Of a DNA stretch of 21,467 nucleotides, positions 8,420 to 17,895 are shown one piece after another. The DNA comes from Promethearchaeota archaeon. GTDB lineage: Archaea; Asgardarchaeota; Lokiarchaeia; Sigyniarchaeales; SOKP01. The position numbers and the translations under genes are program-made. The stretch spans positions 1 through 21,467 of the forward strand of contig JBHLLU010000050.1 of NCBI GenBank assembly GCA_048938895.1. Direction: 5' to 3'. The stretch's first letter is position 1; each line of letters starts with the position of its first letter. Below the pieces are notes generated by a model. The model saw nothing but the letters and a program-made list of their open reading frames with translations, did no database searches and was not told the origin of the DNA.

Positions 8420-8515
8420 AATCAACCCCTTATATTTATATTAAAAGATTTAGAATAAAGAGTTAGGATGTTAAATATTATATTACTTTTAGATTTTTCT
8501 AATTACAAAGTGCTA

Positions 8516-9628
8516 TTATGATACAGGTTCATAAAGAATTCCTAAATCATCAGCATACTTTTTTACTTCATTCATTTCATTTGCATTTGGGCGACGGTTT
8601 ATCTCAGAAAACTGATAGGCTTTATATTCTGGTCTATATTGGCCCATGATATTTACTACTGATTTAGGGATTTCTTTAGCAATATAGTTTAATATTGGTT
8701 TTGAACAACATTCGATATGATTTGGCATAACTAGGTGTCGTATGCAGATCTCTCCACTACCTTCATCATGAATTCTTTTTAAATTCCTAGTTAAAATATC
8801 ATAATAGTGATCTATACCGGAATACTTTTTAGCGCAAATATTATTACCATATTTGAAATCAGGTAACCAGAAATCCATGAAGTCTATTATCAACGAAAGA
8901 GATTTATCAGTTAGAAAAAAATTAGAATTCCATAATTGACAGATGTTAGATTCTTGGAAATTTAAACTACCGATTATAGTGTGAATATTTGGAATAGGGT
9001 CTCCTCCAACATAGTTAATATTTATCGCACCTCTATCTACTAGCTTTTCGGCAATAGTAGCTAATTTTTTTGGATCTACTTTTTGAGCTATATCATCTAA
9101 AGCTTTCTTTCCTTTCCAGGCTTGTGAAATATCGTAATTTTGACAGAAGACACAACCAAAATTGCATCCCTGAAAAAAAATTGTCCCGCTCGGTATTAAG
9201 ACACTTTCCTCTCCCATATGAAGAAACGCTGAAGTAACGTATGAGTCTTTAGATATCAAACAGAATCCTTTTTCCCCAGCAATTCGATTTACTTCACATT
9301 TGCGTTCACAAAAAATACAGCTCTCTAAGTATTTTTTTGCTATTGTCTCGATTAAAGAGATATAATTGTTTTTTTCAATATGACGGTTTTCTAAATCAGA
9401 AGTTTCATACTTAAGAAGTTCGTTAAATAAATGTGATTTCTCCTCTAATAAATTCTCTAAGATTTCAATGGGATCATTGAGATCGAATTTACATTCTATG
9501 GTTTGAGCAATTAAATACCTTGCTAAATGAGTTCCCTCAATAATTCCTCGATATCTTGAATAACGTTTGAGAATTTCCTTATTCTGCCAAACTGTCTCTG
9601 AATCTGGTCTAAGGACTCTAAAAACCAT
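8516..9628 (-). CDS. Radical SAM protein, PflX-like (COG1313)
   Basis: CIFCERKCEVNR-x4-KGFC auxiliary Cys motif, HMGEE, SGTIFFQGCNFGCVFCQN (CxxxCxxC), DFKYGN, RHLVMP and NIMGQYRP. Confidence 0.88.
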   Translation of the reverse strand: MVFRVLRPDSETVWQNKEILKRYSRYRGIIEGTHLARYLIAQTIECKFDLNDPIEILENLLEEKSHLFNELLKYETSDLENRHIEKNNYISLIETIAKKYLESCIFCERKCEVNRIAGEKGFCLISKDSYVTSAFLHMGEESVLIPSGTIFFQGCNFGCVFCQNYDISQAWKGKKALDDIAQKVDPKKLATIAEKLVDRGAININYVGGDPIPNIHTIIGSLNFQESNICQLWNSNFFLTDKSLSLIIDFMDFWLPDFKYGNNICAKKYSGIDHYYDILTRNLKRIHDEGSGEICIRHLVMPNHIECCSKPILNYIAKEIPKSVVNIMGQYRPEYKAYQFSEINRRPNANEMNEVKKYADDLGILYEPVS

Positions 9629-9655
9629 AATAAATTAATAAAAATTATTGAGTAG

Positions 9656-10387
9656 CTAAACCTCAAATGATAACCATTCAATGATATTTGTTAAGAATTT
9701 TAAATTATCACCAGCATCTAAGCCAAAATCACCATCTTCTGTAAGCCAATCAGATGATCCTATAGTTACGCAACGGCCTTCATAAAATTCAGAAACAGCA
9801 CATACGGGAACAGGCCCAAGAGCGCCTAAATCATCATCCACGTAATATTTAAATTCAGCTTTTTCAGAAGTTATAATTATATCATCTACATCCTCTTCTG
9901 AGATTGTAAAGAAAGTACAATTAGGTAAAACTAATTCAGTAATCCCTTCTGTGATGGGATGATTAAATAATTCTGTAACTAATAAATTCCTTTTCTTGAC
10001 CAAAAAGTTTGATGGTGCTTCTTGGATGATCCCATTCCAAAACCTACGAACTCCAGTTATCTTATAGAGAACTCTTATTGAGCCTTGTTTCATGGGTATA
10101 TCTCTATCTCCCCCATCTCCACTAGTCAAAAAAAGACTTCCTCCTTCACCTATAAATTTCTTAATAGCTTTTAATTCCTCTTGAGTAAATTTATCGGATT
10201 TTCCACTTTGAGAATGTTGGATATTTCCAATAAATAAGATATCAAAATCTTCAAGCATATCAAAATCTATAGGACCTTCATTCTTGTCAATATATTCAAC
10301 CTCATAATCATCCTCTGTTAATGAAAACTCTGGAAATTCCTCAATTTTTTCCTTATGAGATAAGTCTACTACAATTCTATAGCTCAA
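9656..10387 (-). CDS. Stand-alone GIFT/DUF4350 (IFT52/GldG-like, class I glutamine amidotransferase-like fold) protein
   Basis: IVVDLSHKE, FTQEELKAIKKFIGEGGSLFL, HPITEGI, GRCVTIGSSDWL and DNLKFLTNIIEWL. TTG start preceded by GGGTGA. Confidence 0.65.
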   Translation of the reverse strand: MSYRIVVDLSHKEKIEEFPEFSLTEDDYEVEYIDKNEGPIDFDMLEDFDILFIGNIQHSQSGKSDKFTQEELKAIKKFIGEGGSLFLTSGDGGDRDIPMKQGSIRVLYKITGVRRFWNGIIQEAPSNFLVKKRNLLVTELFNHPITEGITELVLPNCTFFTISEEDVDDIIITSEKAEFKYYVDDDLGALGPVPVCAVSEFYEGRCVTIGSSDWLTEDGDFGLDAGDNLKFLTNIIEWLSFEV

Positions 10388-10469
10388 TTTAATCTCACCC
10401 CAAGTTTCAATTTCGCTTCTGTTTATACTAGTGATAATCGTTATTTCTTAGATCCTATACGAGGTTTTG

Positions 10470-10503
10470 CTATCTTAAGATAGAATAATTTATTTTTATA
10501 AAC
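10470..10503 (-). promoter_or_regulatory. Candidate TATA box (TTTATAAA, about 10496-10503) with a downstream 14-bp palindrome CTATCTTAAGATAG (10470-10483)
   Basis: The perfect palindrome sits near the expected transcription start upstream of the GIFT gene. Confidence 0.3.
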
Positions 10504-10646
10504 GGTTGTAAATTTTATAAAGTTTATCTATTTAATTTCTAATTCTTAATTCTCTCTTATAAATTTTATTAAATAAGTAATACAAAGGATAAAACTTAAA
10601 TAAGAAGAGAGTAAATTAATAAGGATCGGATTAGTAAAAAATAAAT

Positions 10647-11351
10647 TTATATTGGTATAAATTCACGCTCAGCTTTGCCTTCTTTTCTTACAACTGCGAT
10701 ATCAATCCCATTTCCACTAGCCATATCTCTTATAATACTACTGGTTACAGCTTTTTTGACAATCTCCTTCCCTTCTTCAACAGATAAATCATCTTTATAT
10801 TTTGCTTCTAAAACACCATATGAGAAATTTTGTCCACTTCCAACTGCACAGTATTTTTCTGGAAGGATAGACCCATAGGCTCCTATATCTAAAAGTACAG
10901 ATCCTTCTTCTTCTGTAACTCCCCCCAATATAAGACCTACTTCAAAAGGAAACATTTTGTTAGAATAAAGTATATTTGATAATAATTTTCCAGCAGATTT
11001 TACCATTATCTGTTTATTATCATGTGCTAGTTGATATATAGTAGTTTCTGCACGTAACACATCCACTAGGTACTGATTATCAGCTACGCCTCCTGCAGTA
11101 GTCATCCAAAGATGATCCTGAATTTCATATAATTTTTCTGAAGTTTTACTGGCAACAAAATAAGCCATCGAAGCTCTTTTATCTGTTCCTAGAACAACAG
11201 CATCTTTGCATGTCAAACCAACTGTAGTAGTCCCAGTTTTTAAGTAGTTAGAATTAGAGTTATCCTTTGTTTGAGAAGATTTTTCAAAATCAATCTGAAA
11301 TTTCTTCAATACCTCAGAATTATAGGATTTTAATAATTCTTCTTTTCTCAT
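10647..11351 (-). CDS. psmB: 20S proteasome beta subunit
   Basis: KTG|TTTVG autocleavage site (Thr41), with Asp17 and Lys33 in mature numbering; AVGSG and RDMASG. Confidence 0.95.
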   Translation of the reverse strand: MRKEELLKSYNSEVLKKFQIDFEKSSQTKDNSNSNYLKTGTTTVGLTCKDAVVLGTDKRASMAYFVASKTSEKLYEIQDHLWMTTAGGVADNQYLVDVLRAETTIYQLAHDNKQIMVKSAGKLLSNILYSNKMFPFEVGLILGGVTEEEGSVLLDIGAYGSILPEKYCAVGSGQNFSYGVLEAKYKDDLSVEEGKEIVKKAVTSSIIRDMASGNGIDIAVVRKEGKAEREFIPI

Positions 11352-11445
11352 ATTTTATATGAGAAATTTATAATTTAATAAATTTCCTCTAATTTAATAT
11401 AAATATTAATATATGGTATCAAGCATAGAAATGTGATTTTTAGGT

Positions 11446-12633
11446 ATGTATGATGTATTAATTTCAGGTGCAGGACCTGCTGGTTCAAGATGCGCGGAGG
11501 TTATTGCTAAAAAAGGATTTAAGGTAGCATTATTAGAACGAGATTGTAAGTGGAGAAAACCATGTGGAGGGGCAATAAGTTCAAGGGTCTTAAAGTATTA
11601 CCCTCAATTACGGAATTTGAATTTTAACCCCATTACAGGTATAAATATGTATTCCTCAGATTTTTTAAATTTAGAATATTCATGGAGAGAAATTAGAGAG
11701 CCCTCTTTTACAGTAGATAGATTAGAATTTGATAACATTATTAGGAATATAGCTGTTGATAATGGTGCTGAACTATTTGACAATAACTATTCCTATGATT
11801 TCATTTATAAACAAAATCGTAAAATTGGGATAAAGACTAAAACTCATATGGGAACTAAAGAATATTTGGGACGTATTCTAGTTATCGCTGATGGGATGAG
11901 CTCAAAATTGGCTTTTAAATCAAAAATGAGAGAAAAGTGGAATATTGATGAAATAGGTATAGCTAAATGTGCAATAATGAAAGGGAAAAACTTTATTGAC
12001 CAGTCATCAATTTCGCTTTTTTTTCAAAAATACAAAGGGTATGGTTGGATCTTTCCTTTAAGTGAAAATCGTTTTAATATCGGTTTGGGTACATGGTTGG
12101 AGGCTAATCGGATTTATGATATCAATCAAGTTTATTTAAATTTTCTAAATGAACCTTTCCTGAAGAAATTCTTCCCTAATCGTGAATATAAAGAAATTTG
12201 GGAAGGATCTTACCTTCTACCTGCTCTAGGTGTAAAAGAAAATAGCCTTTTTAAAGATAACATTATGATGATTGGTGATGTTGCGGGATTTGTTTCACCT
12301 ATTAGTGGCGAAGGAATACATGCAAGTATAGTATCTGGTCAAGCTGCGGGAGAAATAGCTATTCTTGCTCTTGAATCTGGTACCATTTCTGATCAAACAC
12401 TCAAAAGGTATAAATCCTACCCAAATATTAAAAAAATTAGAAGAAATTTTAAAATAATGGCTTCGATGGTAAACTTTTTATATGAGGACGATGGTAGAAA
12501 TGTTTCTAATATGTTTTCCTTAGCGAAATATGAAAAAATGGTCAGGGAAATAGTTATTAATATGTTTTTATTTGGACAACCTCCGCCTAAAGATTTTCTA
12601 TTAAAATTAAAATCTTTACGTCAAAAGAAATAG
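11446..12633 (+). CDS. Geranylgeranyl reductase family FAD oxidoreductase
   Basis: GAGPAG, KPCGG, DRLEFD, IADG, GYGWIFP and GDVAGFVSPISGEGI. Confidence 0.9.
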   Translation: MYDVLISGAGPAGSRCAEVIAKKGFKVALLERDCKWRKPCGGAISSRVLKYYPQLRNLNFNPITGINMYSSDFLNLEYSWREIREPSFTVDRLEFDNIIRNIAVDNGAELFDNNYSYDFIYKQNRKIGIKTKTHMGTKEYLGRILVIADGMSSKLAFKSKMREKWNIDEIGIAKCAIMKGKNFIDQSSISLFFQKYKGYGWIFPLSENRFNIGLGTWLEANRIYDINQVYLNFLNEPFLKKFFPNREYKEIWEGSYLLPALGVKENSLFKDNIMMIGDVAGFVSPISGEGIHASIVSGQAAGEIAILALESGTISDQTLKRYKSYPNIKKIRRNFKIMASMVNFLYEDDGRNVSNMFSLAKYEKMVREIVINMFLFGQPPPKDFLLKLKSLRQKK

Positions 12634-12664
12634 TTTTAAAATTATTTTAAATAATAATTTTTAG

Positions 12665-13597
12665 ATGGTTAACTTAATTGGTTTAATTTTTACATTTTAC
12701 GCTGTATTTACATGGGCAATAGCTTCCCTTGTTTATAAAGCGGGTTTAAAGAATACTGAACCTAAAGCAAATTTATTTTTTAGGTTATGTTGCGTTTCTT
12801 TTGGAACATTAATTTTTTCATTAATTTTTGGGAATTATCTTTTATTCACTAGTTTAACTAAAATCAATTTAGTATTCTATTTATTATCTTCTCTTATTTC
12901 AGGTTTAAGTGTCACTGTAGGAGATTTACTTTATTATATGTCATTGAAAAAAATTGACGCTTCTCGAGCATATCCTCTTGTCCAGCTTTCATTGATCTTT
13001 GTTTTTCCATTTAGTATATTGTTATTTGGTGAAGAATTAAGGATTTCAATAATTATAGGGGGAATTTTATTTCTGTTAAGTGTGTTTATATTAAGTTCTA
13101 AAGATAAACTTGAAAAAGTGGGTTCAGATGTATCAATAGATAAAGGTTCAGAACATATTATTATTGGTGTTATATTCGCTCTAAGTGCTGCTTTTTTATG
13201 GGCAATCGCAATAATTTCCTTTAATCAAGCAAGAATCCTTTCTGATGATGTTTTTGTCACCAATTTTTTAAGGGTTTTGATGGCGTGTATAATATTTTCC
13301 CCGTTAGGGATAATTTATCCTGTATATTACTCAGGATTTAAAAAGGAAAATAGAAAACACTTAAGATCATTTATTTATATCGGAATAGCAGGAATATTAT
13401 CTTTGGGTTTTGCCGATACGTTATATTATAAAGCGGCAGAATTAAATGGTTTAATTTTAACATCGGTTATTTCTATAAATACACCTATATTAAACCAAAT
13501 ATTTTCAATTATATTTTTGAAAGAAAAATTTCGTAAACGGTTTTTTATTGCTGTTTGCTTGATTATTTTAGGAAATTATTTAGTTCTATTCTTTTAA
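12665..13597 (+). CDS. EamA/DMT family transporter
   Basis: About 10 hydrophobic segments in two repeats; GDLLYYMSLKKIDASRAYPL; LLFGEEL and IFLKEKF. Confidence 0.88.
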   Translation: MVNLIGLIFTFYAVFTWAIASLVYKAGLKNTEPKANLFFRLCCVSFGTLIFSLIFGNYLLFTSLTKINLVFYLLSSLISGLSVTVGDLLYYMSLKKIDASRAYPLVQLSLIFVFPFSILLFGEELRISIIIGGILFLLSVFILSSKDKLEKVGSDVSIDKGSEHIIIGVIFALSAAFLWAIAIISFNQARILSDDVFVTNFLRVLMACIIFSPLGIIYPVYYSGFKKENRKHLRSFIYIGIAGILSLGFADTLYYKAAELNGLILTSVISINTPILNQIFSIIFLKEKFRKRFFIAVCLIILGNYLVLFF

Positions 13598-13733
13598 CTA
13601 AGGAAGAAATTTCTCTAATTCATATTTGTTCGATATATTGACGGCTTAGAATCTAAAGAGTAATAAATAAAAAGGAAATAAATCATTTAATAATTTAATA
13701 GATATTCTATTTGTTTTTTAAAGTGGGAAATTT

Positions 13734-14408
13734 ATGATAGACATTGACCTAATACATAAGAATAAGATACGCGCAGATAATTATATTACAGGGTTTATTC
13801 TAATATTTTTTTTGGTATTTGCTGTGTTTTTTAGATTAGAATGGATTATGTCGGTTATCGTGTATCCTTTTGTGGCGTTATTTTTCTTCGGTTTAATAAA
13901 AATAATCAATGGAGCCAATAAAAAAAATCGAGGAGATGAAAAAAATTTAAATCGAATCCTCCTTGGTAGTCTCTCAATAATTTTTTCTGTGTTGTTCCTC
14001 TATTTCATTTTAACTCGACCAGATGTAAGACCGCAAAATATAATTGTGCTCATAGCTTATCCTATGTTGATTGTAGGTATTGCCGGTATTGTTAAGGGAT
14101 CACTTATAAATATTTATTCTATTAAATATCGTATAATTAATATTATAATAGGGATCACTACAATAATCATCTGTTTCATAGCTTTTACTTTTCCCTTCTT
14201 AACTCCATCATATTTAAACTGGATTCATTTTGTCACGCTCTCAATTGCGCTCTTAATTAATATATTAGGAAGAGCTGCCCTATATTTAAGCGAATTTGGT
14301 TTATCACTCACACATTTCAGAAATTTTATACTGTTCTTATACATTATTTCTGATTATCTAGTTTTCGTGGACAATGATGGGAATGTTATCTTGGAAAAAA
14401 TAAAATAG
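13734..14408 (+). CDS. Polytopic membrane protein (possibly DUF308/HdeD-like)
   Basis: About 6-7 hydrophobic segments with repeated G-x-x-x-I-I patterns. The family call is tentative. Confidence 0.6.
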   Translation: MIDIDLIHKNKIRADNYITGFILIFFLVFAVFFRLEWIMSVIVYPFVALFFFGLIKIINGANKKNRGDEKNLNRILLGSLSIIFSVLFLYFILTRPDVRPQNIIVLIAYPMLIVGIAGIVKGSLINIYSIKYRIINIIIGITTIIICFIAFTFPFLTPSYLNWIHFVTLSIALLINILGRAALYLSEFGLSLTHFRNFILFLYIISDYLVFVDNDGNVILEKIK

Positions 14409-14519
14409 AATAATTCTATATTTGTAATTATTGAATTTATGAGTTAAAAAGCAAGAAATACTAAACTTAATTAATTTTTCAAATTTAAAAATCTCAATTA
14501 AATTAAAAATGTGAAAATT

Positions 14520-15632
14520 ATGACTGATCTTCATTTTAATAAGAAAAGTGGTTCTCAATTAACTTTATTTACACCTGGACCTGTTCATATCCCAGAAAGA
14601 GTTCTCAAGGAATTAGCAAAACCAAATGATACACATAGATCAACAGCATATTCAGAAATGCATCAAATAGCTACTGAAGGACTTCAAAAGTTATTGTTTA
14701 CAAAAAATGAATGTTTAATATTTACTTCAAGCGCTACAGGCATCATGGAGGCATGTGTTAGAAATTTAGTTAAAGATGGTGAAAAGGCATTATTTTTATC
14801 AATTGGAGCTTTTGGGGACAGATGGTATGACATAGGAATATCCAACGGGAAGAATTCCATCAAAGAGGGTGTAGAATGGGGACATGCAATTACTGGTGAC
14901 TTTACTAAAAAAATCATGGAAAAAGAAAATTATTCTGTTGTTTTTATCCAAGCAAACGAAACTTCCACAGGAGTTTATAATCCGATTAATGAAATTGTTC
15001 CTATAATTAAAAGTTTCAACGCACTTGCTTGTGTTGATGCCACATCATCTATGGCAGGTATAAAAGTTGAGGTTGACAAACTAGGCATAGACGTTTGCTT
15101 AGCATCGGTTCAGAAGTGTTTTGCATTACCACCAGGCTTAGCTGTTTGTTCAGTTTCAGATGCTGCATTTGAAAAAGCTGAAAATGTGAAAAACCGAGGT
15201 TTATATTTCGATTTTATAGAGTTAAAGAAAAGAAATGCTAAACATCAGACTCCAACAACACCACCTATACCACAAATAAGAGGCTTAACTGCTCAATTAG
15301 ATTATATGTTAAATGAAGAAGGATTAGAAAATAGATTTAGAAGACATGAACAACTAGGTAAACAAACACGAGAATGGGTCAATAAGGTAAACCTTAAAAT
15401 GTTTCCCGAGAAAGGATATGAATCAAATACAGTCTCCACTATTAGAAATTCATTGAATCTTGATATACCAAAGATGGTTTCTATGCTTTTAGAAAAAGGT
15501 TATCGAATAGTTAATGGATACGGAGATCTTGTGAATAAAACTTTTCGAATTGGTCACATGGGAGAAATTCAAATTTCTGACCTTGATAAGATGTTAAATG
15601 TACTTTCAGATATCATAGCAAAGCTATCCTAA
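14520..15632 (+). CDS. Class V PLP aminotransferase (serine-pyruvate/alanine-glyoxylate or archaeal phosphoserine aminotransferase type)
   Basis: LFTPGP, HRS, SSATGIME, NETSTGV, VDATSS, SVQK (PLP Lys) CFALPPG, TPTTP and FRIGHMG. ATG 14520 is preferred over GTG 14511. Confidence 0.92.
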   Translation: MTDLHFNKKSGSQLTLFTPGPVHIPERVLKELAKPNDTHRSTAYSEMHQIATEGLQKLLFTKNECLIFTSSATGIMEACVRNLVKDGEKALFLSIGAFGDRWYDIGISNGKNSIKEGVEWGHAITGDFTKKIMEKENYSVVFIQANETSTGVYNPINEIVPIIKSFNALACVDATSSMAGIKVEVDKLGIDVCLASVQKCFALPPGLAVCSVSDAAFEKAENVKNRGLYFDFIELKKRNAKHQTPTTPPIPQIRGLTAQLDYMLNEEGLENRFRRHEQLGKQTREWVNKVNLKMFPEKGYESNTVSTIRNSLNLDIPKMVSMLLEKGYRIVNGYGDLVNKTFRIGHMGEIQISDLDKMLNVLSDIIAKLS

Positions 15633-15750
15633 TTAGGTTTGGTAAATTAAAAAACCCATCAAATTCCCTCATTTTTTTCAAAAACTCTTTAAAGATTTGT
15701 AACCTAAAAACACATATTCAATTACAGTATTATAAATCCAAGTGATCTTG

Positions 15751-16683
15751 ATGAAAATATTAATTAGTGATAAACTTCAAGATGAGGGCATCAAAATATT
15801 TGAAGATAACGGATTTGAGGTAATAAAGGATTTTACTATAAGTCATGACAAATTAAAAGAAGAAATAGCGAATTATGATGGCATAGTAATCCGCTCTAGA
15901 ACAGAATTGACCTCTGACATATTAGAAAATGCTAAAAATTTGAAAGTTATTGGTCGAGCAGGAGTGGGGTTAGATAATGTAGATCGTCAAAAAGCTGAAG
16001 AATTGAATATAGAAGTCTTAAATACTCCTGAAGCCCCTGCAATTTCAGTAGCTGAGTTTGCTTTAGGACTGATTCTAGCTTTGGCACGAAAAATTTCTTA
16101 CGCAGATCGCACCACTCATGAAGGAAAATGGAATAAAAATGAATGCTTAGGCTATACTTTAAATGGTAGAAAACTTGGTTTGATAGGATTCGGAAATATA
16201 GCGAAACATTTAGCTAAAATTGGACTGGGACTGGGTATGAATGTGGGAGTTTATTCAAGATTCAGCAAAGGTCAGGTTGCAATAGATGAAGCTAAAAATA
16301 TAGGTTGTTCTATTTACACCTCTATTGAAGAGTTATTAAAGGATGCTCAAATAATATCGTTACATCTTCCTGCGACACCTCAAACCGAAAATATTATCAA
16401 TCAAGAGCGTTTAAAGCTTATGAGAAATGACGCTATTCTTATAAATACTGCAAGAGGCAACTTAATTGATGAAGAGGCACTCCTTAAAGCTTTAAAAAAC
16501 AAAACTATAGGAGGCGCAGCACTCGATGTCTACCGTGAGGAACCTTTAAACAATGAAGATTTAATTTCCTGGAATGAGAATTTAATTATTACGCCCCATA
16601 TTGCCAGTCAAAGTATTGAAAATCAGGTTGATGCTGCTATAATGATTGCAGTAAAAATGTCTGATTATCTAAAAAAAAATTAG
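15751..16683 (+). CDS. D-2-hydroxyacid dehydrogenase, SerA-like (no ACT domain)
   Basis: GRAGVGLDNVD, SVAEF, GLIGFGNIA, INTARG, LDVYREEP and TPHIAS. ATG 15751 is preferred. Confidence 0.88.
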   Translation: MKILISDKLQDEGIKIFEDNGFEVIKDFTISHDKLKEEIANYDGIVIRSRTELTSDILENAKNLKVIGRAGVGLDNVDRQKAEELNIEVLNTPEAPAISVAEFALGLILALARKISYADRTTHEGKWNKNECLGYTLNGRKLGLIGFGNIAKHLAKIGLGLGMNVGVYSRFSKGQVAIDEAKNIGCSIYTSIEELLKDAQIISLHLPATPQTENIINQERLKLMRNDAILINTARGNLIDEEALLKALKNKTIGGAALDVYREEPLNNEDLISWNENLIITPHIASQSIENQVDAAIMIAVKMSDYLKKN

Positions 16684-16692
16684 TTAAATTTT

Positions 16693-17895
16693 TTACTTTT
16701 CTTTTAAATCATGTAAAATTAATCCTGATAGTAATTTTGGATCAAACCAAGTTGATTTAGGAGGCATTACTTCTCCATTGTTTGCAATCGATTCTAAATC
16801 TCTTATGTGAACGGGAAATAAATTAATAAATAAATCATTTCCCTTTTCAGTTATATATTTCTCCATTTCTTTGGGATCTTTGATACCTCCGACGAAGAAA
16901 ATGTTATTGTCAGCACGAGGATCTTCTATACCTAGAATTGGTTCTAATATATTATCTTGAATAAGGACTACATCCAAAGAATCTCTTTTAGTTTTGAACT
17001 TCTTATTCTTAACCTCTAATTTATACCATGTACCCATAAGACAAATAGCAATTTCATTTTTTTTCATTGGATTAAAAGCATGTTCTTTTAATTCTAAATA
17101 AAAAAATTGCTCCAATTTCTTAAGAAAATCACTTTCTGGCAAAGGAAGTCTTTTAATTACACGATTATATGGTAGTATACGAATTTGATCATCCGAAGCT
17201 AGATATGTCAAGAGAAATTGCCATGGCTCCTCAAGGTTTTCACTTTTTTCGGCCTTTTGTAGTTTCATTCTACGATACTCAGCAGCACTTGCCGCTCTGT
17301 GATGTCCATCGGCAATATATACTTTTTCTTTCTTAAATAGGTTTTGAAATTTACTAATAACTTTTGAATCTGTTTCTTGCCATAAAATATGGTGATAATC
17401 ATATTTTTTAAATTCGAATTTTGGTTTTTTTGTTTTTATTTTCTCAATAAGCTGATTTATCTTGTTGTTAGATTTAAAAACTGTCCAAACTAAACCAGCA
17501 GCTACATTAGTTTCAACAATATGATTTATTCTGTCTTTCAGTGGTTTCTCCCTTGTATGTTCATGTTTAACAATATTCCCATCCTCATAATCTTTAAGAG
17601 CTATTCCAACAATTAGTCCCTGATGGCCGAAATTTTCTGATTCTTGACGGTATACAAAGATGCTTAGTTCATTCTCTCGTATAATTATTTCTTTATCTTT
17701 AAATTGATAATATGCTTTCGCACCATTCTTATAAATTTCATCTCCTTTTCCATCTGGTAAAATAAGATGTATCAGTGAATCAGGGATTTTCTTTAATTCT
17801 AGTTCTTCCTCTTTGCTAATAATATCATAAGGATTAGTACAGAATTCTTCTGGATTCACAGGAATAAAAGGTCTAATTGGAGATACATGTACCAT
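16693..17895 (-). CDS. DUF1015 family protein (ParB/Srx-like DGHHR motif)
   Basis: PYDII, KHEHT, YIADGHHRAASA, ILPYNRV and MPPKSTWFDPKLLSGL. ATG at 17895 (MVHVSPIRPF) is the likely start. Confidence 0.9.
   Translation of the reverse strand: MVHVSPIRPFIPVNPEEFCTNPYDIISKEEELELKKIPDSLIHLILPDGKGDEIYKNGAKAYYQFKDKEIIIRENELSIFVYRQESENFGHQGLIVGIALKDYEDGNIVKHEHTREKPLKDRINHIVETNVAAGLVWTVFKSNNKINQLIEKIKTKKPKFEFKKYDYHHILWQETDSKVISKFQNLFKKEKVYIADGHHRAASAAEYRRMKLQKAEKSENLEEPWQFLLTYLASDDQIRILPYNRVIKRLPLPESDFLKKLEQFFYLELKEHAFNPMKKNEIAICLMGTWYKLEVKNKKFKTKRDSLDVVLIQDNILEPILGIEDPRADNNIFFVGGIKDPKEMEKYITEKGNDLFINLFPVHIRDLESIANNGEVMPPKSTWFDPKLLSGLILHDLKEK

Noticed and set aside
10675-10878. 67-aa plus-strand ORF
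   Set aside because: Antisense within psmB.
11363-11386. Inverted repeat GAAATTTAT-n6-ATAAATTTC in the psmB/GGR divergent promoter
   Set aside because: Almost entirely A/T. It is plausibly chance or overlapping TATA elements.
14358-14917. Minus-strand ORFs 14358-14558 and 14684-14917
   Set aside because: They overlap well-supported plus-strand genes and have low-complexity composition.
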